This document shows, piece by piece, positions 28,165 through 38,069 of a stretch of 64,000 bases of DNA. The notes under the pieces were generated by a model, which had not been told where the DNA came from, did not search any database, and saw nothing but the letters and a program-made list of their open reading frames with translations. Positions within the stretch are counted from its first letter, which is position 1. Each line of letters opens with the position of its first letter. The stretch is from positions 4,480,001 to 4,544,000 of the forward strand of contig OZ245842.1 of the NCBI GenBank assembly GCA_965228895.1, written 5' to 3'. This stretch comes from Alphaproteobacteria bacterium (GTDB lineage: Bacteria; Pseudomonadota; Alphaproteobacteria; SP197). Both the position numbers and the translations under genes were made by a program.

Positions 28165-28818
28165 TCACCAACTGACCGACAGTGGCGTGTCCGGCCCCAG
28201 GTCGATCGACCGGCCCTGATGCCGGTGATCGAGCTCGATATGAACATGCGGCGCCATCGCAACCTCGACGCGGCACAGCTTGTGATGCGACAGCATTGTC
28301 AGGGCCGGCGAAACAGAGGGCGTGACCGTTGAGGTGACCACCACATCGCTCACAGCCTTCGCGCCGCAGGCATGACTTGGACCGCTGCCGTGAGCCGCTA
28401 GATCGGGCGGCACGACGAAGACCAGCGGCACGCCGCGCGTCGCTGGTTCATCGGCCAGCAGAATGGCCGATGGCTCGGGCAGATATGCCGGCCGATAGGG
28501 GATGTAGGGAAAGGGAACAGCGCCACCGGCTTCCGGGCCGCCACGCAACGCGATACCGAACGGCGAGGCCGCTGTTTCCCGCCACCGTGAGCGCTCATCG
28601 AGTTCCGTTGGCTGTGTCGTGGCCGAACAGACTTCCGCGCGGTCCGCCACCCACAGGAGTTCCAGATAGCCATTCTCAAAGAAGACACACCGATTGGCGG
28701 TGCCTTGTCCCGGATGATTACGCTGCGTCGAAACCGCAAAACCGGCTTCGGCCAGACGCGCCATCGCGTCTTCGTGCGCGTCGGTCAGGACGAAGATGTG
28801 ATCGAGACGATAACCCAC
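28165..28818 (-). CDS. VOC/glyoxalase-like (Glyoxalase_3) protein
   Basis: LDHIFV, HPGQGTANRCVFFENGYLELL. Confidence 0.8.
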   Translation of the reverse strand: MGYRLDHIFVLTDAHEDAMARLAEAGFAVSTQRNHPGQGTANRCVFFENGYLELLWVADRAEVCSATTQPTELDERSRWRETAASPFGIALRGGPEAGGAVPFPYIPYRPAYLPEPSAILLADEPATRGVPLVFVVPPDLAAHGSGPSHACGAKAVSDVVVTSTVTPSVSPALTMLSHHKLCRVEVAMAPHVHIELDHRHQGRSIDLGPDTPLSVSW

Positions 28819-28847
28819 AATGCCACCTCAACCGGGCGGCAGGTCGG

Positions 28848-30500
28848 TCAAGACGTACGCGCCTTGGCGTCGATCTCGAAGAGGTCGCCGCGTTCGCGCA
28901 GCACCGTATCCAGCCAGTCCGTGCGCATCTCCGGCACCGAGGCCAAAAGCTTGCGGGTGTAGTCCTCTTTCTGCGGCGGCGTGAAGATATCCTCGGTCGG
29001 CCCCTGCTCGACGACGCCGCCCTTCCACATCACCACGGTTCGGTCGGCGATATTGCGGACGATGCCGAGGTCGTGGGTGATGAACATGTAAGCGATGTCG
29101 GTTTCTTTCTGCAGACGCTCCAGCAGTTCCAGAATGCCAGCGGCGACCACCTGATCCAGGGCCGACGTCACCTCGTCGCAGATAATCATCTCGGGATCGG
29201 CGGCAAGCGCGCGCGCGATGCACACGCGCTGCTTCTGTCCGCCGGAAAGCTGACCCGGAAACCGCTCGGCATACTCCGGACCCATGTCAATCTGGGCCAG
29301 CAGCTCTCGCACGCGCTCGTCGCGCTTCTTGCCGGTCAGCCCGAAGTAGAAGGACAACGGTCGGCCAATGATCTCGGCCACGGTCTGGCGCGGGTTAATC
29401 GCGACATCCGGCATCTGATAGATCATCTGGACCTTGCGCAATTCGTCGCGCTTGCGGTCCTTCAGCGCATGGCTGAACGCCTGACCTTCATATTCGACCA
29501 CGCCCTTGAACGGCGGCAACAGGCCGGTGACAACACGCGCCAGCGTCGACTTGCCGCTTCCCGACTCGCCCACCACGGCCACGGTTTCACCTTTGGCGAT
29601 GTGGACGTTGATGTCCTCCAGCACGTTGACCTTGCCGTCATAGCTGGCCGAGACATCCTTGATCGCCAGAAGCGGCGGATCGGGCATCTTAACGTCGACC
29701 TTCGGCTTCGGTTCGCCCTTGCGCGCGGAGATCAGCTCCTTCGTATAGGGCTCATGCGGATCTTCCAGGATCTGTTGGGTCTCGCCGACTTCGATCAGGT
29801 CGCCGTAACGCAACACCATGATGCGGTCGGCAATCTGGGCGACGACGGCGAGGTCATGGGTGATGTAGAGCGCTGACGTGTTGTTGTTGCGGATGAGGTC
29901 ACGCACAGTCGCCAGAACCTCGATCTGCGTCGTCACGTCGAGCGCCGTGGTCGGCTCGTCCAACACCAGCAGGTCGGGTCCGCAGGTCATCGCCATGGCC
30001 GACATGACGCGTTGCAGCTGGCCGCCGGAGACCTGATGAGGATAACGGGCACCGATTGTTTCGGGCGACGGCAGGTCTAGCCGGGTATAGAGCTCGATCG
30101 CACGGGCCGTCGCGTCCTTCTCGTTCATCACCTCGTGACGGATCGCAGTCTCGCAAACCTGGTCGTTCAGACGTTTTGCCGGATTGAACGACGCCGCCGC
30201 ACTCTGCGCGATGTAGGCGGCGCGCACGCCGCGCATCTCACGGCGCAACTCCTCATCCAGCGTCATCAGATCGGTGCCATCGAAGAAGATCTTGCCGCCG
30301 GTAATTTTGCAGCCCGGACGTGCATAGGCCATGGAGGCCAGGCCGATGGTCGACTTGCCGGCGCCGGACTCACCGATCAGGCCGAGCACCTCGCCACGTT
30401 TCAATTGCAGATCGACATCGTTGACGATCCGATTTGTGCCGCCTTCGCCGCCCTGGGCTTCGATTCTCAGGGCCTGCATTTCGAGAAGATAGTCGCTCAA
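28848..30500 (-). CDS. Peptide/opine ABC transporter, fused double ATPase
   Basis: Two Walker A motifs (GESGAGKS, GESGSGKS), YPHQVSGGQLQR, LSGGQKQR. Confidence 0.92.
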   Translation of the reverse strand: MSDYLLEMQALRIEAQGGEGGTNRIVNDVDLQLKRGEVLGLIGESGAGKSTIGLASMAYARPGCKITGGKIFFDGTDLMTLDEELRREMRGVRAAYIAQSAAASFNPAKRLNDQVCETAIRHEVMNEKDATARAIELYTRLDLPSPETIGARYPHQVSGGQLQRVMSAMAMTCGPDLLVLDEPTTALDVTTQIEVLATVRDLIRNNNTSALYITHDLAVVAQIADRIMVLRYGDLIEVGETQQILEDPHEPYTKELISARKGEPKPKVDVKMPDPPLLAIKDVSASYDGKVNVLEDINVHIAKGETVAVVGESGSGKSTLARVVTGLLPPFKGVVEYEGQAFSHALKDRKRDELRKVQMIYQMPDVAINPRQTVAEIIGRPLSFYFGLTGKKRDERVRELLAQIDMGPEYAERFPGQLSGGQKQRVCIARALAADPEMIICDEVTSALDQVVAAGILELLERLQKETDIAYMFITHDLGIVRNIADRTVVMWKGGVVEQGPTEDIFTPPQKEDYTRKLLASVPEMRTDWLDTVLRERGDLFEIDAKARTS

Positions 30501-31348
30501 TGCTCCGCCTCCTCAAACTCTGCGGCCACCGACCGGTTCTGTTTGGCCAAGATGAAATCGACCAGAAGGTTGACGCCCACGGTCAGGATACCAATGGCTG
30601 CTGCGGGATAAAGCGGCGCGGCGATGCCATAGGTGATGGCGGCGCTGTTCTCGCGCACCATGCCGCCCCAGTCCGCGTAGGGCGGCTGGATACCGAGGCC
30701 CAGGAAGCTCAACGACGCGATGAACAGGAACGCAAAGCTGAAGCGCAGGCCGAACTCGGCGATCAACGGCGTTACCGTGTTCGGCAGAACTTCACGGCGC
30801 ATGATCCACCACAGGCCCTCGCCGCGCAGGCGCGCCGCCTCGACAAACTCCATGACCGCCACATCCATCGCTATCGCGCGTGACAGACGGAAGACGCGGG
30901 TCGAGTCGAGGACCGCGATGACCAGGATCAGGATGTAGATCTCAGACCCCAACACGGAGATGACGACCAGCGCCAGGATCAAGGTCGGGATCGCCATCAG
31001 GGCGTCGACGATGCGGCTCAACACCTGATCGATGGCACCGCGTAAGACGGCCGCCGTGAAACCGGCCAGAATGCCCATGGTAAACGACAGGATCGTTGCG
31101 ATCAGAGCAACCGTGATGGTCGTCTGCGCGCCATAGATCATGCGCGTCAACATGTCGCGGCCAAGCTGATCGCCACCCAGCCAGTGCGCGGCGCTGGGCG
31201 GCTCCCACACGCCGGTGACCAGGGCGGTCTCGCCATAGGGCGCGATCCACTGGGCGCAGATCACGACGAACGCGTTGATCAAGATGATGATGACGCCGAT
31301 CTTCGACGTGATCGGCATTTCGCGAAAGAGGGCCAGTGCTTTTTTCAT
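30497..31348 (-). CDS. Peptide ABC transporter permease (DppC-like)
   Basis: HWLGGDQLGRD, FVEAARLRGE EAA loop, LSFLGLGIQPP. Confidence 0.92.
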   Translation of the reverse strand: MKKALALFREMPITSKIGVIIILINAFVVICAQWIAPYGETALVTGVWEPPSAAHWLGGDQLGRDMLTRMIYGAQTTITVALIATILSFTMGILAGFTAAVLRGAIDQVLSRIVDALMAIPTLILALVVISVLGSEIYILILVIAVLDSTRVFRLSRAIAMDVAVMEFVEAARLRGEGLWWIMRREVLPNTVTPLIAEFGLRFSFAFLFIASLSFLGLGIQPPYADWGGMVRENSAAITYGIAAPLYPAAAIGILTVGVNLLVDFILAKQNRSVAAEFEEAEH

Positions 31349-31354
31349 GGCGAC

Positions 31355-32302
31355 CTACTTCGGATGCCGCAAACGCGGATTGGCGAGAATCGACAGGATG
31401 TCGGCAGTCAGATTGAGTCCGACATAGGTCATGGCGAAGATCAGACCACAGGCCTGCACGATCGGTACGTCGCGTTTCGACACCGCGTCGACCATGTATT
31501 GCCCCATGCCCGGATAGGTGAAGACCACCTCGACCACGACAACGCCGACAACCAGATAGGCCAAGTTCAAAACCACGACGTTAATGATCGGCGACAGCGC
31601 GTTGGGCAGGGCGTGCTGCACGACAACACGCCAATTCTTGATGCCCTTAAGATGCGCCATCTCGATGTAAGGACTGTTCATCACCGAAATGACCGCCGCG
31701 CGCGTCATGCGCATCATGTGCGCCAAGACGACCAGGGTAAGCGTTATCGCCGGCAAGATGAGCGCCGCCAGCAACTCGCCGAAATCCATACGGTCGTTGA
31801 TGTTGGACAGGCTGGGCAGCCAGCCAAGCTTGACCGCGACAAACAGGATGAGGACGTAACCGACAAAGAACTCGGGCACCGAGATGATCATCAGCGTGGA
31901 AACCGAGATCGACTTGTCGAACGCCGTGCCCTGCTTGATCGCGGCGATCAGGCCCAGGGTAATCGCGAACGGAACGGCGATGATGGCGGCCAGGCCGGCC
32001 AATGTCAGCGTGTTGCCGAATCGCTCGAAGACCTGCTCGGCGATGGGGCGACGGTTGCTCAAAGAACTGCCGAGATCGCCTTGCAGGAAGTTGCCGAGCC
32101 ATTCGAAGTAACGGATATAGGCCGGACGATCGAGACCCAGTGATGCGCGAATCGCCGCCAGGTTTTCTTCGGTCGCGGCTTGCCCCAGGATCGCCGCGGC
32201 AACGTCGCCGGGAAGAATTTCCGTGCCGGCGAAAATAATCACCGATACGACGATCAGGGTTAGGAGGCCGAGCGCCAGGCGCCTTACGATCAGCCCAAAC
32301 AT
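31355..32302 (-). CDS. Peptide ABC transporter permease (DppB-like)
   Basis: LGLDRP, GDLGSS, YIEMAHLKG, HALPNA, NPRLR. Confidence 0.92.
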   Translation of the reverse strand: MFGLIVRRLALGLLTLIVVSVIIFAGTEILPGDVAAAILGQAATEENLAAIRASLGLDRPAYIRYFEWLGNFLQGDLGSSLSNRRPIAEQVFERFGNTLTLAGLAAIIAVPFAITLGLIAAIKQGTAFDKSISVSTLMIISVPEFFVGYVLILFVAVKLGWLPSLSNINDRMDFGELLAALILPAITLTLVVLAHMMRMTRAAVISVMNSPYIEMAHLKGIKNWRVVVQHALPNALSPIINVVVLNLAYLVVGVVVVEVVFTYPGMGQYMVDAVSKRDVPIVQACGLIFAMTYVGLNLTADILSILANPRLRHPK

Positions 32303-32597
32303 AACGCCCCCTTCGCTCTAAGGGACGTAAACTGCGCGGCGCGCGGTACCAACCGCACGCGCCAACGCACACCGGGTCTTGCTCTCAAAACGCTCCCCCT
32401 TTTTATTCGGGGTCCCTCCGGTACGGCACATTGCATGCCCCATGAGCCGACTCGGGACCTCTCGCTTGGCGATATTGAAGCCGATTGTCCAAACCTTGGG
32501 AACCCCCAATGTCAGGAGGGTCGTTCCACCCACATGCTGAAGGCCTCGGATTGCAAGGCTTTTGAAGGGAAATTGACCACTCTTGCTGACAGCCGCG

Positions 32598-34181
32598 TCA
32601 CGCGGTGACGGGAACGTACCATTCCTCGCCCCGCACGGTGGTGACGTATTCCGGCCAGTGGAAACCGACTGGCGGATCGAAATCGGGCGGCAGCAACGGC
32701 GGTACCCATTTGGCGCCGCCGCGCCCGCCGCCGGTCCGTTCCTCGAACTCGGCACGCGCCTTGTCGAGTTCGTCCGGCTGGGTCAGAAGATCGATGACGG
32801 TGGCGCCAATCGTCTTGGCCGCGCATATGACTGTCGGGTCGATGGTCGGCGCATAACCGCCCAGCGCGTTCCACGACCATGCGGGATAATCATACCCGGC
32901 CTTCGGCGCTTTCAGCGTGCAACGGCCGACAATCAGACGCACGGTCGGCGTATGCCAGGTCCAGTCGACATAGTCGTCGGACGTGTAGTTCAGTTGCCAG
33001 GGCGGCAGTTGCCGTCTGAGTTCCGCCTCACCGTCCTCGGGATCGTTCAACGTGACCATCTCATCCAGTACCGGCTGTTCCATGGGTTCGAAACCCAGGT
33101 TCGTTTGTATCTCCCGGCAAAAGGCGATGGCCTCGTCATCATATTGAGGTGGGCCGACCAGCTCGAGATTGCGGTAACACAGACGCGCCATCGCGTGGTT
33201 GGGTAAACCGACCCGCGTCTTGGTGACCCATGCCTTGGTCACACGGCAATGAGTCATCGCCGCGACATGCTCGGCGTTCTGGTCGAGGACCTCGGCGATG
33301 CGTTGCTGCATCTTCAGATCCGGCGAACGCCAGGAGTACTGGATCTGGCTGAAGCGCGGCGCCAGGTTGTCGGACGTCGCGTCGCCGGTGCCCAGGATCG
33401 CCTCGTTTAGCGTCCAGGTGCCGGTGTGCGGCAGCATGGACTCCTTCGTGTACTTCGTCGTCGTGTACATCAGGCACAGCGCATCGTTGGCGCCGGGCGC
33501 ACGCGCCACCGTGTGCGCGCTCGAGCCGCCGGCCGCCACCATGCCGCGCCACGTCTCCGGCTCTTCGCAGTCGAACGTATAGATGCAGCTCCAATAGCTG
33601 CCGCAATGGGTGTCCCAAATCGCCGTGTTGGCGCGCAACGTGCCGTAGGACGGATGAAACGACACCGCGGCGTCCATGTCGTCGTAGTAACCTTTGGCGG
33701 CATGCACCGGCTTGGAGCCGCAGACCTTTTCCGCCGGCTCGCCCATGAACTTCAGCCGGCCCTGGATGTCGTGGCTCTCCATCGCCGACTTGGCCGCCAG
33801 GATGCCGCCCAGCGCGGCCATGCCGAGCGCCGAATGGGGGTCGGTGTGGCCGGCGGCGGCACGATGCACACCATCGCGCGGTTTCTTGTAGGGCACGCGG
33901 TCCTGACAGTTGCCGGGCACCGCGTCATACTCGGCATAGGAACCGATGGTCGGCCCGTCGCCGTTCTGCCACGTCGCGCAAAACGCGGTCGGCATGCCGC
34001 CGGTGCCTTCCTCCACATCGAAACCTTCCTGGCGCAGACGGTCGACATACCAAGCCGCAGACTTGTACTCGCGCCACGCAGGCTCGTGGAAATCCCAGAT
34101 CGTCGCGTGCCAGTCCGACAAGGTCTGACGGTTGCTGTCGACCCAATCGAGCGCCGTTAGTTTTTGTTCCGAGATAGCCAT
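32598..34181 (-). CDS. M20 amidohydrolase (p-aminobenzoyl-glutamate hydrolase subunit B-like)
   Basis: EPAWREYKSA, GGMPTAF, AEYDAVPG, GEPAEK, SDDYVD motifs. Confidence 0.8.
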   Translation of the reverse strand: MAISEQKLTALDWVDSNRQTLSDWHATIWDFHEPAWREYKSAAWYVDRLRQEGFDVEEGTGGMPTAFCATWQNGDGPTIGSYAEYDAVPGNCQDRVPYKKPRDGVHRAAAGHTDPHSALGMAALGGILAAKSAMESHDIQGRLKFMGEPAEKVCGSKPVHAAKGYYDDMDAAVSFHPSYGTLRANTAIWDTHCGSYWSCIYTFDCEEPETWRGMVAAGGSSAHTVARAPGANDALCLMYTTTKYTKESMLPHTGTWTLNEAILGTGDATSDNLAPRFSQIQYSWRSPDLKMQQRIAEVLDQNAEHVAAMTHCRVTKAWVTKTRVGLPNHAMARLCYRNLELVGPPQYDDEAIAFCREIQTNLGFEPMEQPVLDEMVTLNDPEDGEAELRRQLPPWQLNYTSDDYVDWTWHTPTVRLIVGRCTLKAPKAGYDYPAWSWNALGGYAPTIDPTVICAAKTIGATVIDLLTQPDELDKARAEFEERTGGGRGGAKWVPPLLPPDFDPPVGFHWPEYVTTVRGEEWYVPVTA

Positions 34182-34308
34182 GGCCGTTCCTCTCCAGGTT
34201 CGCGCGTTGCGGCCAAGCATGGGACGGCCGGCGCACGGCGGTCAATCGGCGGTTGGGGCACGTTGACCGGCTTGCTAGCATCGCGACGGACCAGCCGGAG
34301 GAACGCTT

Positions 34309-35271
34309 GTGCCCAACCAGCCCCTGAAACCCATCGGCAGCGAGGCGATCGCGCCCTTTACCTATCCCGATACCCTGTTGCGCGCGCAGCGCCAGGAGGG
34401 GCCGGAGGGCCTCGACATCGCCCTCTTCGGCATGCCCTTTGACGGCGGCACAATCGCGCGTGACGGCGCGCGCCACGGCCCCAGCCAAATGCGCCAGATG
34501 TCGATCAACATCCGCGGCTGCAACATGGCGACCGGCGCTGCGCCGTTCGCTGATTGCCGCATTGCCGATATCGGCGACGCGCCGGTCAACTCCTTCGACC
34601 ACGAGCAGAGCGTCGACACGATGACGGCATTCTGCAAAGAGATTGCCGACGCGGGCGCTTGGCCGCTGGCCGCCGGCGGCGATCACTTGATCACGCTCCC
34701 GGTGCTGCGCGGCACGGTCGATTCGGCCAACCCGGTCGGCCTGGTGCACTTCGATGCGCATCCCGACACCCACGACGCCATCTTCGGCACCAAGCTCAAC
34801 CACGCGACACCGTTCCGCCGCGCTATCGAGGAAGGTCTGGTCGATCCCAAACGCCACATCATGATCGGCCTGCGCGGGACAACGCGCGAAACCGACGCGG
34901 CCCTCGACTGGGCGCACGAACAGGGCATCACCATGATCGATGCCGACATGTTCTTCGACCTCGGCGCCAAGGCGACGGCGGAAAAAGCGCGCGCGGTCGT
35001 CGGCGACGGTCCGGTCTATGTCACGCTCGATATCGATGGTGTCGACCCCGCCGACATGCCGGGCACCGGCTCGCCGGAACCGGGCGGCATGCGCATGCGC
35101 GACATGCAGGTCATCCTGCGCGGTCTACGCGGTTTGGATATCGTCGGCGGCGACGTCAACGAGGTCTCGCCGCCGCTGGATCCGACCGGCTACACCGCGC
35201 TCAATGCCGCCCATCTGATGTTCGAAATTCTGTGCCTAATGGGCGAAAACCGAGCGGCACGAGGGATTTAG
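34309..35271 (+). CDS. speB: Agmatinase/ureohydrolase family
   Basis: GMPFD, GARHGP, GGDHLIT, HFDAHPD, TLDIDGVDP..PGTGSPEPGG, EVSPPLD. Exact substrate not established. Confidence 0.8.
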   Translation: MPNQPLKPIGSEAIAPFTYPDTLLRAQRQEGPEGLDIALFGMPFDGGTIARDGARHGPSQMRQMSINIRGCNMATGAAPFADCRIADIGDAPVNSFDHEQSVDTMTAFCKEIADAGAWPLAAGGDHLITLPVLRGTVDSANPVGLVHFDAHPDTHDAIFGTKLNHATPFRRAIEEGLVDPKRHIMIGLRGTTRETDAALDWAHEQGITMIDADMFFDLGAKATAEKARAVVGDGPVYVTLDIDGVDPADMPGTGSPEPGGMRMRDMQVILRGLRGLDIVGGDVNEVSPPLDPTGYTALNAAHLMFEILCLMGENRAARGI

Positions 35272-35274
35272 CGA

Positions 35275-36570
35275 CTATCCGCTTAGCCAGGCGAACTTGG
35301 CGATGAAGATGGCCGCCAGCACCAGGACCGCCGGTTTGGCGTCGCTGAAGCGGCCGGAGGCGAGCTTCAAGACCGCATAGGTGACGAAGCCGAGCGCCAG
35401 GCCGTCGGCGATCGAGAAGGTGAACGGCATGGCGATCGCCAGGACGACACCCGGCGCATACTCCGTCACGTCGTTCCAGTCGATTTGGGTCAGCGCCTGG
35501 GTCATCAAACACGCGACAAACAAGAGCGCGGGCGCCGTCGCGTAGACCGGCACCGTATCGGCCAGTGGCGACAAGAAAAGTGCGAACATAAACAGGATCG
35601 CGACAACCACAGCGGTGAGACCGGTGCGCCCGCCTGCCCTGACACCGGCGGCACTTTCGACATAGCTGGTAACCGGCGATGTGCCGACAAACGCGCCGGC
35701 CACCGTCGCGGTCGAATCGGCGATCAAGGCGCGCTTCAGGCGCGGCAGCTTGCCGTCGGCATCCAGCAGATTGGCGCGGTAGGCGACGCCGATCAGCGTG
35801 CCCGACGTATCGAAGAGATCGGTGAACAGAAAGGCGATGATGATGGCGATCAGCGCCACATCGAACGCGCCGGCAATATCAAGCTGGAGGAACACCGGCG
35901 ACGGGTCCGGCGGCATAGCGGCGATTCCCTGGAAGTCGCTGACCCCCATCGCGATACCGACAGCCGTTACCGCAAGGATGCCGATGATGATGGCGCCCGG
36001 CACCTTGAGCGCGTCGAGCGCGGCAATGACGATGAAACCGGCCAGGGCCAGGATCACCGTGGTCTGCGTCAGATCGCCCATGGCGACCAGGGTGACGGGG
36101 TCGTCGACCACGATGCCGGCGTTCTTGACCGCGATGATGCCCAGGAACAGGCCGATGCCGGCGGCGGTCGCCATCTTCAAAGACTTCGGGATCGAGTTGA
36201 TGATCCACTCGCGCACCGGCAGGACGGAGATGATGACGAAGGCCACGCCGGAAATGAAAACGGCGCCCAATGCGACCTGCCACGTATGGTCCATGCCGAG
36301 CACGACGCCATAGGTGAAGAAGGCGTTCAGCCCCATGCCCGGCGCCTGGGCGATCGGGTAGTTGGCATAAAGGCCCATGATCGCGCAGCCGATCGCGGCT
36401 GCGATGCAGGTGCCGACAAAAACGGCGTTAAAGTCCATGCCGGCATCCGACAGGATCGCCGGGTTGACGAAGATGATGTAGGCCATGGTCAGGAACGTCG
36501 TGATCCCGGCCAGCACCTCCGTGCGCACGGTCGTGCCGTGCTCTTCCAGTTTGAAGAAGCTGTTCAGCAT
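35275..36570 (-). CDS. NCS2/AzgA-family nucleobase permease
   Basis: TEVLAGITTFLTMAYIIFVNP, APGMGLNAFF, FDTSGTL, YVESAAGV..GGRTGL. Confidence 0.92.
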   Translation of the reverse strand: MLNSFFKLEEHGTTVRTEVLAGITTFLTMAYIIFVNPAILSDAGMDFNAVFVGTCIAAAIGCAIMGLYANYPIAQAPGMGLNAFFTYGVVLGMDHTWQVALGAVFISGVAFVIISVLPVREWIINSIPKSLKMATAAGIGLFLGIIAVKNAGIVVDDPVTLVAMGDLTQTTVILALAGFIVIAALDALKVPGAIIIGILAVTAVGIAMGVSDFQGIAAMPPDPSPVFLQLDIAGAFDVALIAIIIAFLFTDLFDTSGTLIGVAYRANLLDADGKLPRLKRALIADSTATVAGAFVGTSPVTSYVESAAGVRAGGRTGLTAVVVAILFMFALFLSPLADTVPVYATAPALLFVACLMTQALTQIDWNDVTEYAPGVVLAIAMPFTFSIADGLALGFVTYAVLKLASGRFSDAKPAVLVLAAIFIAKFAWLSG

Positions 36571-36584
36571 GGCTTGCCCCCGGC

Positions 36585-36721
36585 TAGAGCGGATCGTGTT
36601 TAGGCGGAACCGTTAGACGGTTCCGCCTAAACACGTGAATCCGCTCTCCCTCTATGAGTAGAGCAGATTCACCTGCTTTGACGGAATCGCAAACCGATTC
36701 CATCAAAACTGGATCTGCTCT
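36585..36721. repeat. Double-hairpin dispersed repeat, copy 2
   Basis: Perfect 18-bp arm GTGTTTAGGCGGAACCGT-TAG-ACGGTTCCGCCTAAACAC inside AGAGCGGAT/ATCCGCTCT, followed by a second hairpin. Confidence 0.92.
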
Positions 36722-36758
36722 GGGGCCGCCTACCCCAAGGCAGCCGCAGGCGGCACCG

Positions 36759-36895
36759 TAGAGCGGATCATGGTTAGGTGGAACCGTCTTACGGTTCCAC
36801 CTAACCATGTGAATCCGCTCTCCATCCAAGAATAGAGCAGATTCACCTGTCTCGTCGGAATCGCGAAGCGATTCCACCAAAACAGGATCTGCTCT
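36759..36895. repeat. Double-hairpin dispersed repeat, copy 3
   Basis: Perfect 18-bp arm ATGGTTAGGTGGAACCGT-CTT-ACGGTTCCACCTAACCAT; second hairpin GGAATCGC-GAA-GCGATTCC. Confidence 0.92.
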
Positions 36896-37046
36896 ATCAG
36901 CCCGGCCAATCCGCTGCCCAGAGCTTGATCCACAGTCCCAAGCTGCTTATAGATGGACCTACCAACTGGCACTTGGTCGTTTGTGAAGGGCCGCCGCTTG
37001 ACCGCATCCCCGGTCGCGCGGAACGCAAACGAGGGAGTTCGGTGCC

Positions 37047-38015
37047 ATGTTGCCGGTTATCGATGTTTCCAACCTGTCTTCTGCAAACCTTAACGAGCGC
37101 CGGGGCGTCGCGCGCGCCCTTGGCGATGCCTATGGTGAAGCAGGCTTTGCCTATATCGCCGAACACGGCATTCCGCAGGCCATCCTGGACGACGCGCTCA
37201 ATGCCATGCGCGCCTATTTCGCACGACCCGAGAGCGAGAAACGTCTGCTGGCGAGGCGCGAAGGCCAGTATCGCGGCTACGTCCCCGTCATGCCGTTTGG
37301 CCAGAACGCCGATGACGCGCCGCCTGCCCTCTACGAAGCCTTTTTGATCGGCCACGACCCCGATCCCGACCATCCGGAAGTCCACGCTACCAAAGGACTC
37401 TTCGGTCCCAATGTCTGGCCCAGCGAACCCACTGGTTTCCGTCAGGCGATGACCGCCTATTGGGATGCGGTTTCCGGTTTGTCGGACCGGCTTCTAAGAG
37501 CCTTTGCGCTGACCCTCGATCAAGACGAGATGGTCCTGATCGAAAAGTTCAAGCATCCGCTGACCAACATCTCGTTCCTCTACTACCCGCCGCGGCCGGG
37601 GACCGAAGAACACGCCCCCGACGACATGAATGGCCATCGCGACACCAACGCGATCACCATTCTGCTGCCAAGCGCTGTCGGCGGGCTGGAGGTCGCGGCA
37701 CCGGGCGGCGGCTGGATGGAGGCGCCGCCCAAACCGGGCTGCTTTGTCGTCAACATCGGCAACATGATGGAGTGCTGGTCCGGCGGACGGCTGAAGTCGA
37801 CCTATCACCGTGTGCATCCGCCGCGCGACAAGGAGCGCTATTCAATCGGCTATTTTGCCGTGCCGGATTTCGGCACGGTCGTCGAGCCGCTGCCAGGTCT
37901 GCCGGTCACCGGCGCACCCGACGACATGGCGCCGCGCCATGCCGGCAAGGATCTGGCGGCCTTCGTCAAGAAGTTTGACGATGATGTGGACCGCGCCAAG
38001 CGCGGCGCTGCCTGA
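37047..38015 (+). CDS. 2-oxoglutarate/Fe(II) dioxygenase (isopenicillin N synthase family)
   Basis: LPVIDVS, HRD (HxD), VVNIGNMME, STYHRV, RYS. Confidence 0.9.
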   Translation: MLPVIDVSNLSSANLNERRGVARALGDAYGEAGFAYIAEHGIPQAILDDALNAMRAYFARPESEKRLLARREGQYRGYVPVMPFGQNADDAPPALYEAFLIGHDPDPDHPEVHATKGLFGPNVWPSEPTGFRQAMTAYWDAVSGLSDRLLRAFALTLDQDEMVLIEKFKHPLTNISFLYYPPRPGTEEHAPDDMNGHRDTNAITILLPSAVGGLEVAAPGGGWMEAPPKPGCFVVNIGNMMECWSGGRLKSTYHRVHPPRDKERYSIGYFAVPDFGTVVEPLPGLPVTGAPDDMAPRHAGKDLAAFVKKFDDDVDRAKRGAA

Positions 38016-38069
38016 GACGTTCGTGGATTAGTTGGCATCACCGACCTACTCCCCAACCCGGCAGCCGGG

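Noticed and set aside
36585-36895. Tandem palindromic repeats as a CRISPR array
   Set aside because: Units are ~137 bp, there are only two in tandem, there is no repeat-spacer periodicity, and no cas genes are present.
36584-36972. Short ORFs (36584..36880, 36730..36972) and the MVRWDRQTVPPNHDPLYG extension of the aminotransferase
   Set aside because: These are translations of the double-hairpin repeat, with no independent evidence of coding.
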